A stretch of DNA of 64,000 nt from Gammaproteobacteria bacterium (GTDB taxonomy: Bacteria > Pseudomonadota > Gammaproteobacteria > GCA-002705445 > GCA-002716945). The DNA is taken from the NCBI GenBank assembly GCA_029246085.1, contig JAQWOB010000003.1, forward strand, positions 7,608 through 71,607, given 5' to 3'. Both the position numbers and the translations under genes were made by a program. Shown piece by piece: positions 39,606-49,313 of the stretch (its first letter is position 1; each line of letters starts with the position of its first letter). The notes below the pieces were generated by a model, which was not told where the DNA came from, ran no database searches, and saw only the letters and a program-made list of their open reading frames with translations.

Positions 39606-40450
39606 ATATAATTAAATATTAGACCAAAAGTAATTATTAATCCAAAGATATTATTATTTTCGAATGCAGATATGCATTGGTAAGGCTTCCTTGATCTAAC
39701 TAGTAGGTTCTGGTAGATAACGCATAGTAACGATATCAGCACAAAAAAATAATATGCTAGATCAAAAGAGTTTATTAGTCCTAAAAACATAAATCCTATA
39801 ACAATACTGTAATGTAAGTTTAGAGAATATTTTATATCTTTTTCTCCAAAAAATAATGCGGATGATTTTATGCCGATCTTTTTATCATCATCTTTATCTG
39901 CCATTGCATAATAAGTGTCGTACACGATTGCCCATATAATTGTTAATATATATAACAGTATACAATTGATATCAATAGAGCCTTTTTCCAGCATAAATAC
40001 CATTGGTATGCTAGAACCGAATGCCATTCCTAAAATTAATTGAGGTATTTTAAAATACCTTTTAGTTAAAGGATATATGATTAATAAAATTAAGGAGAAT
40101 ATTGTTAATAATATAATTTTAAAACCCAACATCAATAATAATATAAAGCATACGGTAATTAATAATCCGAACAAAGTCAGGGCTTCCTGATTTGAAACTT
40201 TTTTTGAAGCAAGAACACGATTTTTTGTTCTTTCTACTTTAATATCAAAATCCTGATCAAAGTAGTCATTAATAATGCATCCTGCTGATCTCGTGGCAAC
40301 AATCCCAACCGCAAATATTATTAAATATATTATATTAGGGCTGCCTTGGGTAGAAATCATAAATGCCCATATGACTGGCCACATTAATAGGAGAAATCCT
40401 ATTGGCTTATCTACCCTCATTAATTGTAAATATAGTTTATATTTTTCCAT
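39602..40450 (-). CDS. ubiA: 4-hydroxybenzoate octaprenyltransferase
   Basis: [43 protein letters not shown]. Confidence 0.96.
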   Translation of the reverse strand: MEKYKLYLQLMRVDKPIGFLLLMWPVIWAFMISTQGSPNIIYLIIFAVGIVATRSAGCIINDYFDQDFDIKVERTKNRVLASKKVSNQEALTLFGLLITVCFILLLMLGFKIILLTIFSLILLIIYPLTKRYFKIPQLILGMAFGSSIPMVFMLEKGSIDINCILLYILTIIWAIVYDTYYAMADKDDDKKIGIKSSALFFGEKDIKYSLNLHYSIVIGFMFLGLINSFDLAYYFFVLISLLCVIYQNLLVRSRKPYQCISAFENNNIFGLIITFGLIFNYI

Positions 40451-40985
40451 CTAGCCCCATTTGAAAATATTTATGGATTATAGATTCTTGATTTTCAAGA
40501 AGCCAGTCTATATCGGGTTTATTAGTCATTGCTTTATGAATGGCCTGGCTAGTGGCCTTTCTATGAATATCAAAGAGAATTTTATGGTCTAGGTTATCAT
40601 CATTAGACACTGATGGATTCAGCCATACCGATACAATTACTCCAAGGTCATTTGCTCTTTCTTTGGGTATATCGCCATTTCTAACAGAATCAAGAACTCC
40701 ATTTGCTATAGCAGCTTGCACAGTACCCATTAATATATTTGTATATCTATTTTCTTTAACAGTAACTTTGCTAACCATCAGCGTTGCAGGTTTAACCATT
40801 ATATCTGTATTCATTATTGCAAGAACTTTTGAGTGACCTTTTGATTGGTCTCCAATTAAGTTAGCAAAAGCTGTTCCAAATGGACCATCTAGCTCACCTA
40901 TCACAACTTCTGGCTCTGCAGCTGTTCCAGCAGGACCACCCGCAACTAAAGCCTCTCCTATTTTCATTATAAATTTTTCGTTCAT
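40437..40985 (-). CDS. fae: formaldehyde-activating enzyme (Fae) homolog, divergent subfamily
   Basis: IGEALV.G...VIG...P.GTAFAN, KP.TLM..KVT, G..Q..IA.GV.D.V..G.IP, KAT..AI..A....P; the catalytic His position is Glu. Confidence 0.85.
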   Translation of the reverse strand: MNEKFIMKIGEALVAGGPAGTAAEPEVVIGELDGPFGTAFANLIGDQSKGHSKVLAIMNTDIMVKPATLMVSKVTVKENRYTNILMGTVQAAIANGVLDSVRNGDIPKERANDLGVIVSVWLNPSVSNDDNLDHKILFDIHRKATSQAIHKAMTNKPDIDWLLENQESIIHKYFQMGLDGKI

Positions 40986-41052
40986 ATATTTTTCCTACCT
41001 GAGTGAATTTATGCCTATAATATATGTTAAGTTTATGAAAAGGAATAGACGA

Positions 41053-41586
41053 ATGATTAGAAATTTCAATAATAAAAAACCAAATATCCATATAAGCGCA
41101 TATGTAGATGAGCAAGCGACTGTAATAGGTGATGTAACAATTGGGAAAGATAGTGCCTTATGGCCGCAGGCTGTAGCTAGAGGGGATATAAACAGTATAA
41201 CAATAGGTGATAGAACTAATATACAGGATGGCTCTATCTTACATGTTACTCATGCCGGAGAATTTTGTCCTTCAGGATATCCTCTTAGTATTGGCAGTGA
41301 TGTAACCATTGGACACTCTGCAGTTATACATGCTTGCACAATAAAGAATAAATGTCTTATCGGTATGGGAAGTATTATTTTAGATGGCGCAATTATTAAT
41401 TCTGAATGCATGATTGCAGCAGGCGCCTTAGTAGGGCCTGGTAAAACAATTGATAGTGGTTATTTATATGTTGGCAGTCCAGCAAAGAAAGCACGTAAAT
41501 TAACTGAGAAGGAATTGGAATTTTTAATTTATTCTGCAAAAGGTTATGTAGACCTAAAGAATAAATATTTAAAATTAAAAACCTAG
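41053..41586 (+). CDS. yrdA: gamma carbonic anhydrase family protein (YrdA)
   Basis: Hexapeptide repeats, RGD.N.I.IG..TNIQDGS.LH, TIGH...HAC, G.PAK; likely start 41053. Confidence 0.92.
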   Translation: MIRNFNNKKPNIHISAYVDEQATVIGDVTIGKDSALWPQAVARGDINSITIGDRTNIQDGSILHVTHAGEFCPSGYPLSIGSDVTIGHSAVIHACTIKNKCLIGMGSIILDGAIINSECMIAAGALVGPGKTIDSGYLYVGSPAKKARKLTEKELEFLIYSAKGYVDLKNKYLKLKT

Positions 41587-42381
41587 AATTTTATTTAACC
41601 CTTTTGTTTCTGGCTTAAAACTATTCCAGATATTATAGGATAATGCTGCCTGTTCTATGAGCATACCTAGTCCATTATGTGTTTCTTTAACACCATTATT
41701 TTTAGACCAAGTCTGAAAACTTGTAATATTTTTGGAATAAAATAAATCATAGCTAATACTTGAGCTGTCAAAGATATCAGTTGGGAAACTTATTTCATTA
41801 TTATTTAGGCTAACAGGAGTTGTATTTATGACTATATTATATTTTGAGCCTTTTTTATAATGAGATATATTTGATGAAGTTTTATGTTTATCAATTATTT
41901 GGTCTATTCTTTGTTCAGTTCTGCTTAAAATATCAATTTTTTCTATATGTATTTTACTTAGAGAATTTATAATGCTTCTTGCGGAACCCCCGGCACCAAG
42001 TATCAATATTTTCTTTTGTACTAAATTTATATCTTTATTTTCTAAGTCTTTAAGGAATCCTTCTCCATCAGTATTGAAAGCTTTAATTTTACCATTGTGT
42101 GCCATTAAAGTATTAGCACATTCACACTCTAAAGCAGATATATCATGTTCGTTAGCAAAATTAAATGCTAGTTCTTTGAATGGTATGGTCACATTGGCGC
42201 CATAGCCTTTTTTAGAGAAGAAGCTTTGAGTATGTGTTTCGAAATGATCTTCTGATTCTGGCTCAATCATTTTATATTGAATGCTAATACCTTGCTGTCT
42301 AGCAAATTCTTTATGAATTGTTGGAGATAGGCTATGTCCTATAGGGTTGCCTATAACTGTAAATTTTCTTACTTCATCCAT
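41575..42381 (-). CDS. aroE: shikimate dehydrogenase
   Basis: GNPIGHSLSP.IH, GANVTIPFK, NTDG.G, LGAGG.A, GLGMLIEQA. Confidence 0.96.
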   Translation of the reverse strand: MDEVRKFTVIGNPIGHSLSPTIHKEFARQQGISIQYKMIEPESEDHFETHTQSFFSKKGYGANVTIPFKELAFNFANEHDISALECECANTLMAHNGKIKAFNTDGEGFLKDLENKDINLVQKKILILGAGGSARSIINSLSKIHIEKIDILSRTEQRIDQIIDKHKTSSNISHYKKGSKYNIVINTTPVSLNNNEISFPTDIFDSSSISYDLFYSKNITSFQTWSKNNGVKETHNGLGMLIEQAALSYNIWNSFKPETKGLNKILGF

Positions 42382-43361
42382 TTTAATGCATCCTTTGCAT
42401 AGTAAGTAATAATAGCATTAGCCCCTGCTCTTTTCATGCACATAAGAGATTCTAGAACTACCTTCTTTTCATCTAACCAGTTATTTTTTGAAGCAGCTTT
42501 TATCATTGCATATTCACCGCTAACCTGATAAATAAATATTGGTACATTAAATAAATCGTCTATTTTTGAAACTATATCTAAATATGGCATTCCAGGCTTG
42601 ATCATAATAATATCTGCGCCTTCTGATATATCCATTTCTACTTCACGCATAGAATCTTTTTTATTTGCATAATCCATTTGATAAGTATCTTTATTAAGAG
42701 TTCCAAGATTTTTAACGGAGCCTACAGCGTCCCTGAAGGGCCCATAAAAATTTGATGAATATTTTGCAGCATAAGATAAAATTTTTGTATCTATAAACTT
42801 ATTTTTTTCTAGAGATTTTCTAATAGCTTTTATTCTTCCATCCATCATATCTGAAGGAGCTATTATATCTACTCCACACTCAGCATGACTTAAAGATTGT
42901 TTAACTAGCACCTCTATAGTTTCATCGTTAAGAATTTCTTTATTAGCCCCTAGTATTCCATCTTGCCCATGAACCGTATATGGATCTAAAGCAACATCAC
43001 TTATTATTGCAATATCTTTTACAGATTTTTTAATACTTCTTATAGCCCTTTGCATCAAACCATCTTGATTAAATGATTCTGTTCCTTGAATATCTTTATA
43101 CTTTTTCTCGATACATGGAAATAAAGCTATACCTTGAATGCCAAGTTTTTTTAAAATCTTTATTTCTTTAATTGCAATATCTATACTCATTCTATAAATA
43201 TCAGGCATGGACTTAATTTTTTCAGTTTTATTATTTCCTTCTATGATAAAAATTGGCTGTATTAAGTCATGAGGAGACAATATATTCTCCCTAATTAGAT
43301 TTCGAATAGGGCTATTATTGCGAAGTCTCCTTAGTCTTATATTTGGAAAATTTTTTTTCAT
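42369..43361 (-). CDS. hemB: porphobilinogen synthase (Zn-independent type)
   Basis: DVALDPYT.HGQDG, APSDMMDGRI, FYGPFRDA, MIKPG, YQVSGEYAM. Confidence 0.98.
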   Translation of the reverse strand: MKKNFPNIRLRRLRNNSPIRNLIRENILSPHDLIQPIFIIEGNNKTEKIKSMPDIYRMSIDIAIKEIKILKKLGIQGIALFPCIEKKYKDIQGTESFNQDGLMQRAIRSIKKSVKDIAIISDVALDPYTVHGQDGILGANKEILNDETIEVLVKQSLSHAECGVDIIAPSDMMDGRIKAIRKSLEKNKFIDTKILSYAAKYSSNFYGPFRDAVGSVKNLGTLNKDTYQMDYANKKDSMREVEMDISEGADIIMIKPGMPYLDIVSKIDDLFNVPIFIYQVSGEYAMIKAASKNNWLDEKKVVLESLMCMKRAGANAIITYYAKDALKWMK

Positions 43362-43437
43362 TTTATTAGTCTAACACTTTTTATTTTAAGAGAAGATGTT
43401 ATATTAATCTATCTACAATTATAACAATGGAGGTTAT

Positions 43438-43914
43438 ATGTCTATTTGGCATGAAAAATTCACTTTAGAACATGTTATTTCTTTAAGAAATAATAATTTA
43501 AATAAGCATTTGGGCATTGAATTTATTGAGTTGGGTGAAGATTATATTGTGGCTAGAATGCCGGTTGAAGACTTTACAAGGCAATCTAGGGGCATACTGC
43601 ATGGTGGAGCATCATGCGTTCTAGCAGAAGCTCTCGGAAGCATCGCATCCAATATCTGCATAGATATGAGAAAACAAAAAGCTGTTGGTTTAGAAATAAA
43701 TGCAAATCATGTAAGACCAGTCTCTAGTGGCTATGTTACAGGGAAGACTACTGTCGCAAGTCTTGGAAGATCTGTTCATGTATGGAATATTGATATAAAA
43801 AATGATGCCGGTAAAATGAACTGTGTTTCTCGATTGACGACAGCTATAGTAAATCTTAAAGAAGATGAAATTATAAAAAACTCTAAACTCTTAGATGATT
43901 TATTAAAAACTTGA
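43438..43914 (+). CDS. hotdog-fold thioesterase (PaaI/MenI/YdiI-like)
   Basis: G.LHGGAS.VLAE.LGS, VGLEINANH.R, SRLT. Confidence 0.9.
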   Translation: MSIWHEKFTLEHVISLRNNNLNKHLGIEFIELGEDYIVARMPVEDFTRQSRGILHGGASCVLAEALGSIASNICIDMRKQKAVGLEINANHVRPVSSGYVTGKTTVASLGRSVHVWNIDIKNDAGKMNCVSRLTTAIVNLKEDEIIKNSKLLDDLLKT

Positions 43915-43917
43915 GGT

Positions 43918-44805
43918 TTATAAAAATTTCTTAAGATTTTTCTCGAATGCGGCTAATTTAATATCTTTTTTACCCGTCCATATTACGCTGGGAGGCATAG
44001 ACATTAGTATAGAGTCTGCTCTGCCACCAGACTGTAATCCGAATATAGTTCCTCTATCATAGACTAAATTAAATTCCACATATCTTCCGCGTCTAATTAG
44101 CTGAAAGGTTTTATGTGTTTTATTATATTTTTTCTTAGTACGTTTCTTAATTATATGTACATAAGACTCTAAATATGTGTTTCCTGTATCTAGAACAAAC
44201 TCTTTATAGAAACTTTTTTTCTGGTTATTAAGGTTATCAAAGAATAAACCTCCTATCCCTCTCTTTTCGTTTCTATGTTTATTAAAAAAGTATTCATCAC
44301 ATTGTTTGCTAAAGTCCTGATAGAAAGTGCTTTTATATTTATCGCATACTTTTTTAGCTGATTCATGCCAAGATTTTATATCATCTAAATATACAAAATA
44401 TGGAGTAAGGTCAAAACCGCCACCAAACCACCAATTTTTTTTTGACTTATTATCTGTTTCAAAATATCTTATGTTAAAATGTGAGCAAGGTACAAAAGGG
44501 TTATCAGGATGAATAACAACTGAAACGCCTGTAGCAAGAAAGCTTTTAACGCCCCCCTTTATTTTTTCTGCTAATGCACTGTTTGGTAGAACAAGGCCCT
44601 CTATTGAAGAAAAATTAACCATTCCCTTTTCTATTACTCTTCCATCAGAAAGTTCACAGCTTATGCCGCCACCACCAGATTTATACTTCCATCTTGTTTT
44701 TGAAATTTTTACTTTTTGATCCAGGTCATGAAAGTTATTAATAATATTTTTTTGTAACTTCTTGAAAAGTAATTCTATCTCTTTAAAATCTTTAGACTTT
44801 TTCAT
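43918..44805 (-). CDS. hemF: oxygen-dependent coproporphyrinogen III oxidase
   Basis: HP.NP.VP, WWFGGGFDLTP, HR.E.RGIGGLFFD, RRGRYVEFNL.YDRGT.FGLQSGGR. Confidence 0.97.
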   Translation of the reverse strand: MKKSKDFKEIELLFKKLQKNIINNFHDLDQKVKISKTRWKYKSGGGGISCELSDGRVIEKGMVNFSSIEGLVLPNSALAEKIKGGVKSFLATGVSVVIHPDNPFVPCSHFNIRYFETDNKSKKNWWFGGGFDLTPYFVYLDDIKSWHESAKKVCDKYKSTFYQDFSKQCDEYFFNKHRNEKRGIGGLFFDNLNNQKKSFYKEFVLDTGNTYLESYVHIIKKRTKKKYNKTHKTFQLIRRGRYVEFNLVYDRGTIFGLQSGGRADSILMSMPPSVIWTGKKDIKLAAFEKNLKKFL

Positions 44806-45353
44806 TTCCTTATATTCTCATTAGTTCTCATATCAATTATTATACTAGGTTTGCTATAATTACCTATATCACCTTCTATCAAATAATCTACTTTATTCTG
44901 AAACTCAGATATAAAAACTTTTTGATCTTTAATATTTTTATCCCCACTTATATTAGCACTGGTTGAGATTATTGGACTTTGAAACTTATCACATATTTTA
45001 TTAATTACAGGATGATCTGATATTCTTATCCCAATAAGACCAGTATCTTCATCTATTAACCAATATGGGACATCTTTTTTTGCTGGTATTAACCAGGTTG
45101 TATGACCAGGCCAAGTAGACTTTACTTTTTCAGTGATAATATTAATATCCACTAGGTTTGTTAATTGATTGATACTTGAGGCAACCAAGAGAAAAGGTTT
45201 TTTTGAGTTACGATTTTTAATATTAGAAATTCTAACTACAGCTTTTTCATTCCATGGATCACAGCCTAACCCAAATACTGCTTCAGTTGGGTAGCCTATA
45301 ACACCACCGTCACTAAGCAGTTTAATAGCATTCTCAGGAGAACCAATTATCAT
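44802..45353 (-). CDS. tsaC: L-threonylcarbamoyladenylate synthase
   Basis: YPTEAVFGLGCDP, K.R...K, WPG..T, STSAN.SG. Confidence 0.94.
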   Translation of the reverse strand: MIIGSPENAIKLLSDGGVIGYPTEAVFGLGCDPWNEKAVVRISNIKNRNSKKPFLLVASSINQLTNLVDINIITEKVKSTWPGHTTWLIPAKKDVPYWLIDEDTGLIGIRISDHPVINKICDKFQSPIISTSANISGDKNIKDQKVFISEFQNKVDYLIEGDIGNYSKPSIIIDMRTNENIRK

Positions 45354-47671
45354 TTTTTCTTAGCTCTAAATTTCCTTCTAAATTTCTTTTTTGGAGCATT
45401 TTTTATCATTTCAATGCATGTTTCTTCATCTAAATCTTTGGGTTCTACATCTTTTGGAATTTTAGCATTCACTTTTCCATTAGTTATATAAGGACCAAAT
45501 CGGCCATTCAGTACTTTTATTCCAGATTCTTCAAAGAAATTTATGTTTGCATTTATATCAGCTTCAATTTTTTCTTCTATTAACTCAATTGCTTCTTCTT
45601 CTTCTATACTAAAAATATCTCTTCCTCTAACAGAAACATTGGTTTTGCCGCATTTTAAATATGGGCCAAATGGGCCTATGTTTATTAAAACATCGTCTTC
45701 TTTGAAAGTTCCAATCTTTTCGGGTAAACCAAACATCCTGATAGCATCATCCATAGTGATAGAGTCAATATTTTTTTTCTGCTCATATGTAAGCGCAGCC
45801 CACTTAGGTTTTTCTTCATCTTCTTTAGTGCCCATTTGAATAGTCGGGCCATATTTAGTAAGCCTCACGGTTACTGGCCTACCTGTTTCTGGGTGAATGC
45901 CTAGGTCTTTTAATTCTCTTGTTTCTGATATATCTACCGTCACTAGTTTATCTTCAAGATTAACTCTAAATGGCTCATAAGTAGATTTAATGCAGGTCAT
46001 AGGATCTTGATCACCATTAGCAATTTTATCAAGATTATCCTCTAGCTTTGCTGTGAAATCATAGTCTACTAAATCATTACTGAAATGTTTCGTAAGAGTA
46101 TCACAAACAACTTTTGCTAGTGCTGTTGGCTGGAAGTTGCTAGCCTCAGGGTCGACATAATTACTGTCAAGTATTTTTGATATGATGGTAACATAGGTAG
46201 ATGGACGTCCAATTCCTAATTCTTCTAATGCTTGAATTAAGCTGGCCTGATTATACCTAGCTGGTGGTTGTGTAAATTTTTGGTCTACATTAATTTCTTT
46301 AATAGAAAGTTTGTCTCCTTCTTTTAGATTACCTAAAATTCTCTTATTTATTTTTTCTTTTTCATCATTTTCAGATAAGTCATATATTTCTTTGAATCCA
46401 TTATCTTTTAAAAAAGAACCGCTATACTTATATAAAAATTTTTCTCCCAAAAGAAACTCTATCCCTACTTGTTTATAGGTAGCATCTATCATTTGAGATG
46501 CCACTGTTCGTTTCCAAATTAGTTCATATAGTTTAAAATCAGAATCATCAAGATATTTTTTAACCTTCGTTGGGGTATTAAATATTGACGTAGGCCTTAT
46601 TGCCTCATGTGCTTCTTGAGCATTTTTTACCTTTTTTGAATATTTTCTTATTTCTTTTGATTTATATTTTTTATGGTTTTCATCTAAATAATCCCCTATA
46701 TCTTTCAGACAGTCATCTGATAAGTTTGTAGAATCAGTTCTCATATATGAGATTAAACCAACTGGCTCACTATCTCCAAGCGTCATGCCTTGATATAACC
46801 TTTGTGCAATTGCTGAGGTTTGTTTAACGGAAAAACTTAATGTTGAATATGCTGCCTGTTGAAGGGAAGCAGTAGTAAATGGAGCACGAGGCTTCAATTT
46901 CCTTTCAGAGGTTTTAATACTATTAATTGGAATATCTTTGAATTTATTTAATTCATTTTTTATTTTGTCTGCATCTTTTTCATTTGCAATATTTGTAATA
47001 TTTCCCTTTTTTATCTTTTCTCCATCAATTGATATTAGGTCTAGATCTATGCAGTCATCTTTACTGCAAGCAACTAAGGTACTAATCCAATACTCAATAG
47101 GATTAAACGCACTTATTTCATGTTCCTTTTCCACTATAAGTCTTAATGCTGGACTTTGTACTCTGCCACCCCTCGCCATCCTACTGACTTTTTTCCATAA
47201 AAATTCTGTTATATCATAGCCCATTAGGTAGTCTAATGTTCTCCGTGCTAAATAAGCATTCCATAGGTTATCAGATATTTGTCTTGGGCTTTCTAATGCT
47301 GTCAATACAGCATTTTCTGTAATTTCATTAAATGCAACCCTATATGTTTTTTTCCCTTTTAGGAGTTTAGCTTTATCTAAAATATCATATATATGTTTAG
47401 AGATTGCTTCACCTTCCCTGTCCGGGTCAGTAGCAAAATATACAGTATCAGCATCTTTAGAATACTTTTTTATATCATTAATTATGTCTTTCTTATCTTT
47501 TGAGATAGACCAAACAGGAGAATAGTTATTTTCTACATCAATCCCTTTTCTTGAGCTAGCCATTAAATCTCTTACATGTCCTACGGAAGCGACTACCTTA
47601 TAGTCATCTCCAAGAAACTTTTGTATTGACTTCACTTTAGTGGGTGACTCTACAATTAATAAATTTTTCAT
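45350..47671 (-). CDS. topA: type I DNA topoisomerase (C-terminal non-zinc repeats)
   Basis: LLIVESP.K, ATDPDREGEAI, GRVQS, ISYMRTDS, AQEAHEAIRPT, GIGRPSTY, G.FGPY repeats, basic tail. Confidence 0.97.
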   Translation of the reverse strand: MKNLLIVESPTKVKSIQKFLGDDYKVVASVGHVRDLMASSRKGIDVENNYSPVWSISKDKKDIINDIKKYSKDADTVYFATDPDREGEAISKHIYDILDKAKLLKGKKTYRVAFNEITENAVLTALESPRQISDNLWNAYLARRTLDYLMGYDITEFLWKKVSRMARGGRVQSPALRLIVEKEHEISAFNPIEYWISTLVACSKDDCIDLDLISIDGEKIKKGNITNIANEKDADKIKNELNKFKDIPINSIKTSERKLKPRAPFTTASLQQAAYSTLSFSVKQTSAIAQRLYQGMTLGDSEPVGLISYMRTDSTNLSDDCLKDIGDYLDENHKKYKSKEIRKYSKKVKNAQEAHEAIRPTSIFNTPTKVKKYLDDSDFKLYELIWKRTVASQMIDATYKQVGIEFLLGEKFLYKYSGSFLKDNGFKEIYDLSENDEKEKINKRILGNLKEGDKLSIKEINVDQKFTQPPARYNQASLIQALEELGIGRPSTYVTIISKILDSNYVDPEASNFQPTALAKVVCDTLTKHFSNDLVDYDFTAKLEDNLDKIANGDQDPMTCIKSTYEPFRVNLEDKLVTVDISETRELKDLGIHPETGRPVTVRLTKYGPTIQMGTKEDEEKPKWAALTYEQKKNIDSITMDDAIRMFGLPEKIGTFKEDDVLINIGPFGPYLKCGKTNVSVRGRDIFSIEEEEAIELIEEKIEADINANINFFEESGIKVLNGRFGPYITNGKVNAKIPKDVEPKDLDEETCIEMIKNAPKKKFRRKFRAKKK

Positions 47672-47760
47672 TTTTAACTCTAACTCTTATAAATATGCAT
47701 TTTTTTACTTTATACTATTAAAATGAATATATTTACAACTATTTTTGAGAATCATTAATT

Positions 47761-48297
47761 ATGGAATTATTAAATGTGCTGCATTTTCCAGACAATAGAT
47801 TGCGGGAAAAAGGCAAAAGTGTTGATATATATGATGATAATCTTAACATAATTGCAAGGAACATGCTCCATACGATGTATGAGTGTAAAGGGATTGGTTT
47901 AGCTGCAGTTCAAGTTAATATTCAAATAAGGCTGATTGTTATAGATATAAGCGAAGATAGGAATGAGCCATTATTTCTTGTTAACCCAGTAATTAATTCT
48001 AAAGAAGATAAGATCATTTTTGAAGAAGGCTGTCTTTCAGTACCTGGATTTTATGAACCAGTAGAGAGATTTAATCAAATCACTTATAGCTTTCATGATT
48101 TAAAAGGGGATTTACATGAATCTAATGCTAATGGACTTTTAGCAGTTTGCATACAACATGAGATTGATCACCTTGATGGAAAATTATTTGTTGATTATAT
48201 ATCTGATATTAAGAGAGACAGAATAGCTAAGAAAATAAAAAAGCAAACATCACAGGGAATATTATCTGCCAGAAAAGGCGTTCCCTATTCAATATAA
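47761..48297 (+). CDS. def: peptide deformylase
   Basis: GIGLAA.Q, EGCLSVP, QHEIDHLDG. Confidence 0.98.
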   Translation: MELLNVLHFPDNRLREKGKSVDIYDDNLNIIARNMLHTMYECKGIGLAAVQVNIQIRLIVIDISEDRNEPLFLVNPVINSKEDKIIFEEGCLSVPGFYEPVERFNQITYSFHDLKGDLHESNANGLLAVCIQHEIDHLDGKLFVDYISDIKRDRIAKKIKKQTSQGILSARKGVPYSI

Positions 48298-48315
48298 CAG
48301 TTTGGATAAATTAAG

Positions 48316-49242
48316 TTGAACATTATATTTTTTGGAAGCCCCTCATATTCTTGTAAAGTTTTAGAATCATTACTAGCAAATAAACATGTTGTTCAAACTG
48401 TTGTTACTCAAAATTTCAAGAACAATAGAAGAACAAAAACTCCAGTAGGTTTACTTAGTGAAAGTAAAAATATAAATACATTATATCCTGCAGATCTCAG
48501 TGACAAAAAATTTATTGAAACATTGAAATCTTATAATGCTGATCTTTACATTGTATATGCTTATGGAAAAATATTACCTCCCGAACTAATTTCGTTGCCA
48601 AAATATGGAGTAATAAATATTCATTGCTCTCTTCTTCCAAAATGGAGAGGTGCTGCTCCAATACAAAGAGCTTTAGAAAAAGGTGACCTAAAGACAGGTG
48701 TGACATTTTTTAAAATAGATGAGTCATTAGACACAGGAGCTATCATAGCTTCTTATGAATATAATATTGAAGAGAATGACCATGCTTTATTATTAGAAGA
48801 TAAGCTCACTCAGATAGCAGTTGATCATCTTGAGGAAGTTTTTTTGTTAAACTCTAATTTATCTGGCTTCATTCAACAAAATGAATTTTCTGCTAGTTAT
48901 GCTAAAAAAATTCATAAAGCTGAAGCTATTATAAATTGGAATCATGATCCTTATTCTATATGCTGTAAAATTAAATCTCTAACAGGTGGGCCTATAGCAG
49001 AAACAGAATTATTTGGAATTAAGCTTAAAGTCTGGAAAGCCAAACAAGTATTGTATGCTGGTAAAGAAGAACCAGGGACAATAATTAAGTTTAATTATGA
49101 TGAATTATGTATTGTTGCCAACAATGGTGCCGTCAGTATAGAAAAATTACAATTACCAGGAAAGAATATAATCTCTGCACGAGACTTATTTAACTCGAAT
49201 AGTGCTTTTGTTTGTAAAATCAAGCAGTATTTGCGCAAATAA
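48316..49242 (+). CDS. fmt: methionyl-tRNA formyltransferase
   Basis: AYGKIL, NIH.SLLPKWRGAAPIQ, LDTG; after def. Confidence 0.96.
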   Translation: MNIIFFGSPSYSCKVLESLLANKHVVQTVVTQNFKNNRRTKTPVGLLSESKNINTLYPADLSDKKFIETLKSYNADLYIVYAYGKILPPELISLPKYGVINIHCSLLPKWRGAAPIQRALEKGDLKTGVTFFKIDESLDTGAIIASYEYNIEENDHALLLEDKLTQIAVDHLEEVFLLNSNLSGFIQQNEFSASYAKKIHKAEAIINWNHDPYSICCKIKSLTGGPIAETELFGIKLKVWKAKQVLYAGKEEPGTIIKFNYDELCIVANNGAVSIEKLQLPGKNIISARDLFNSNSAFVCKIKQYLRK

Positions 49243-49313
49243 ATAGTATATATCTATTATAATTAGCTTAATATGGTGTAGAATGAACTCGTGAAAATAA
49301 CCTAGTAAAAGAA

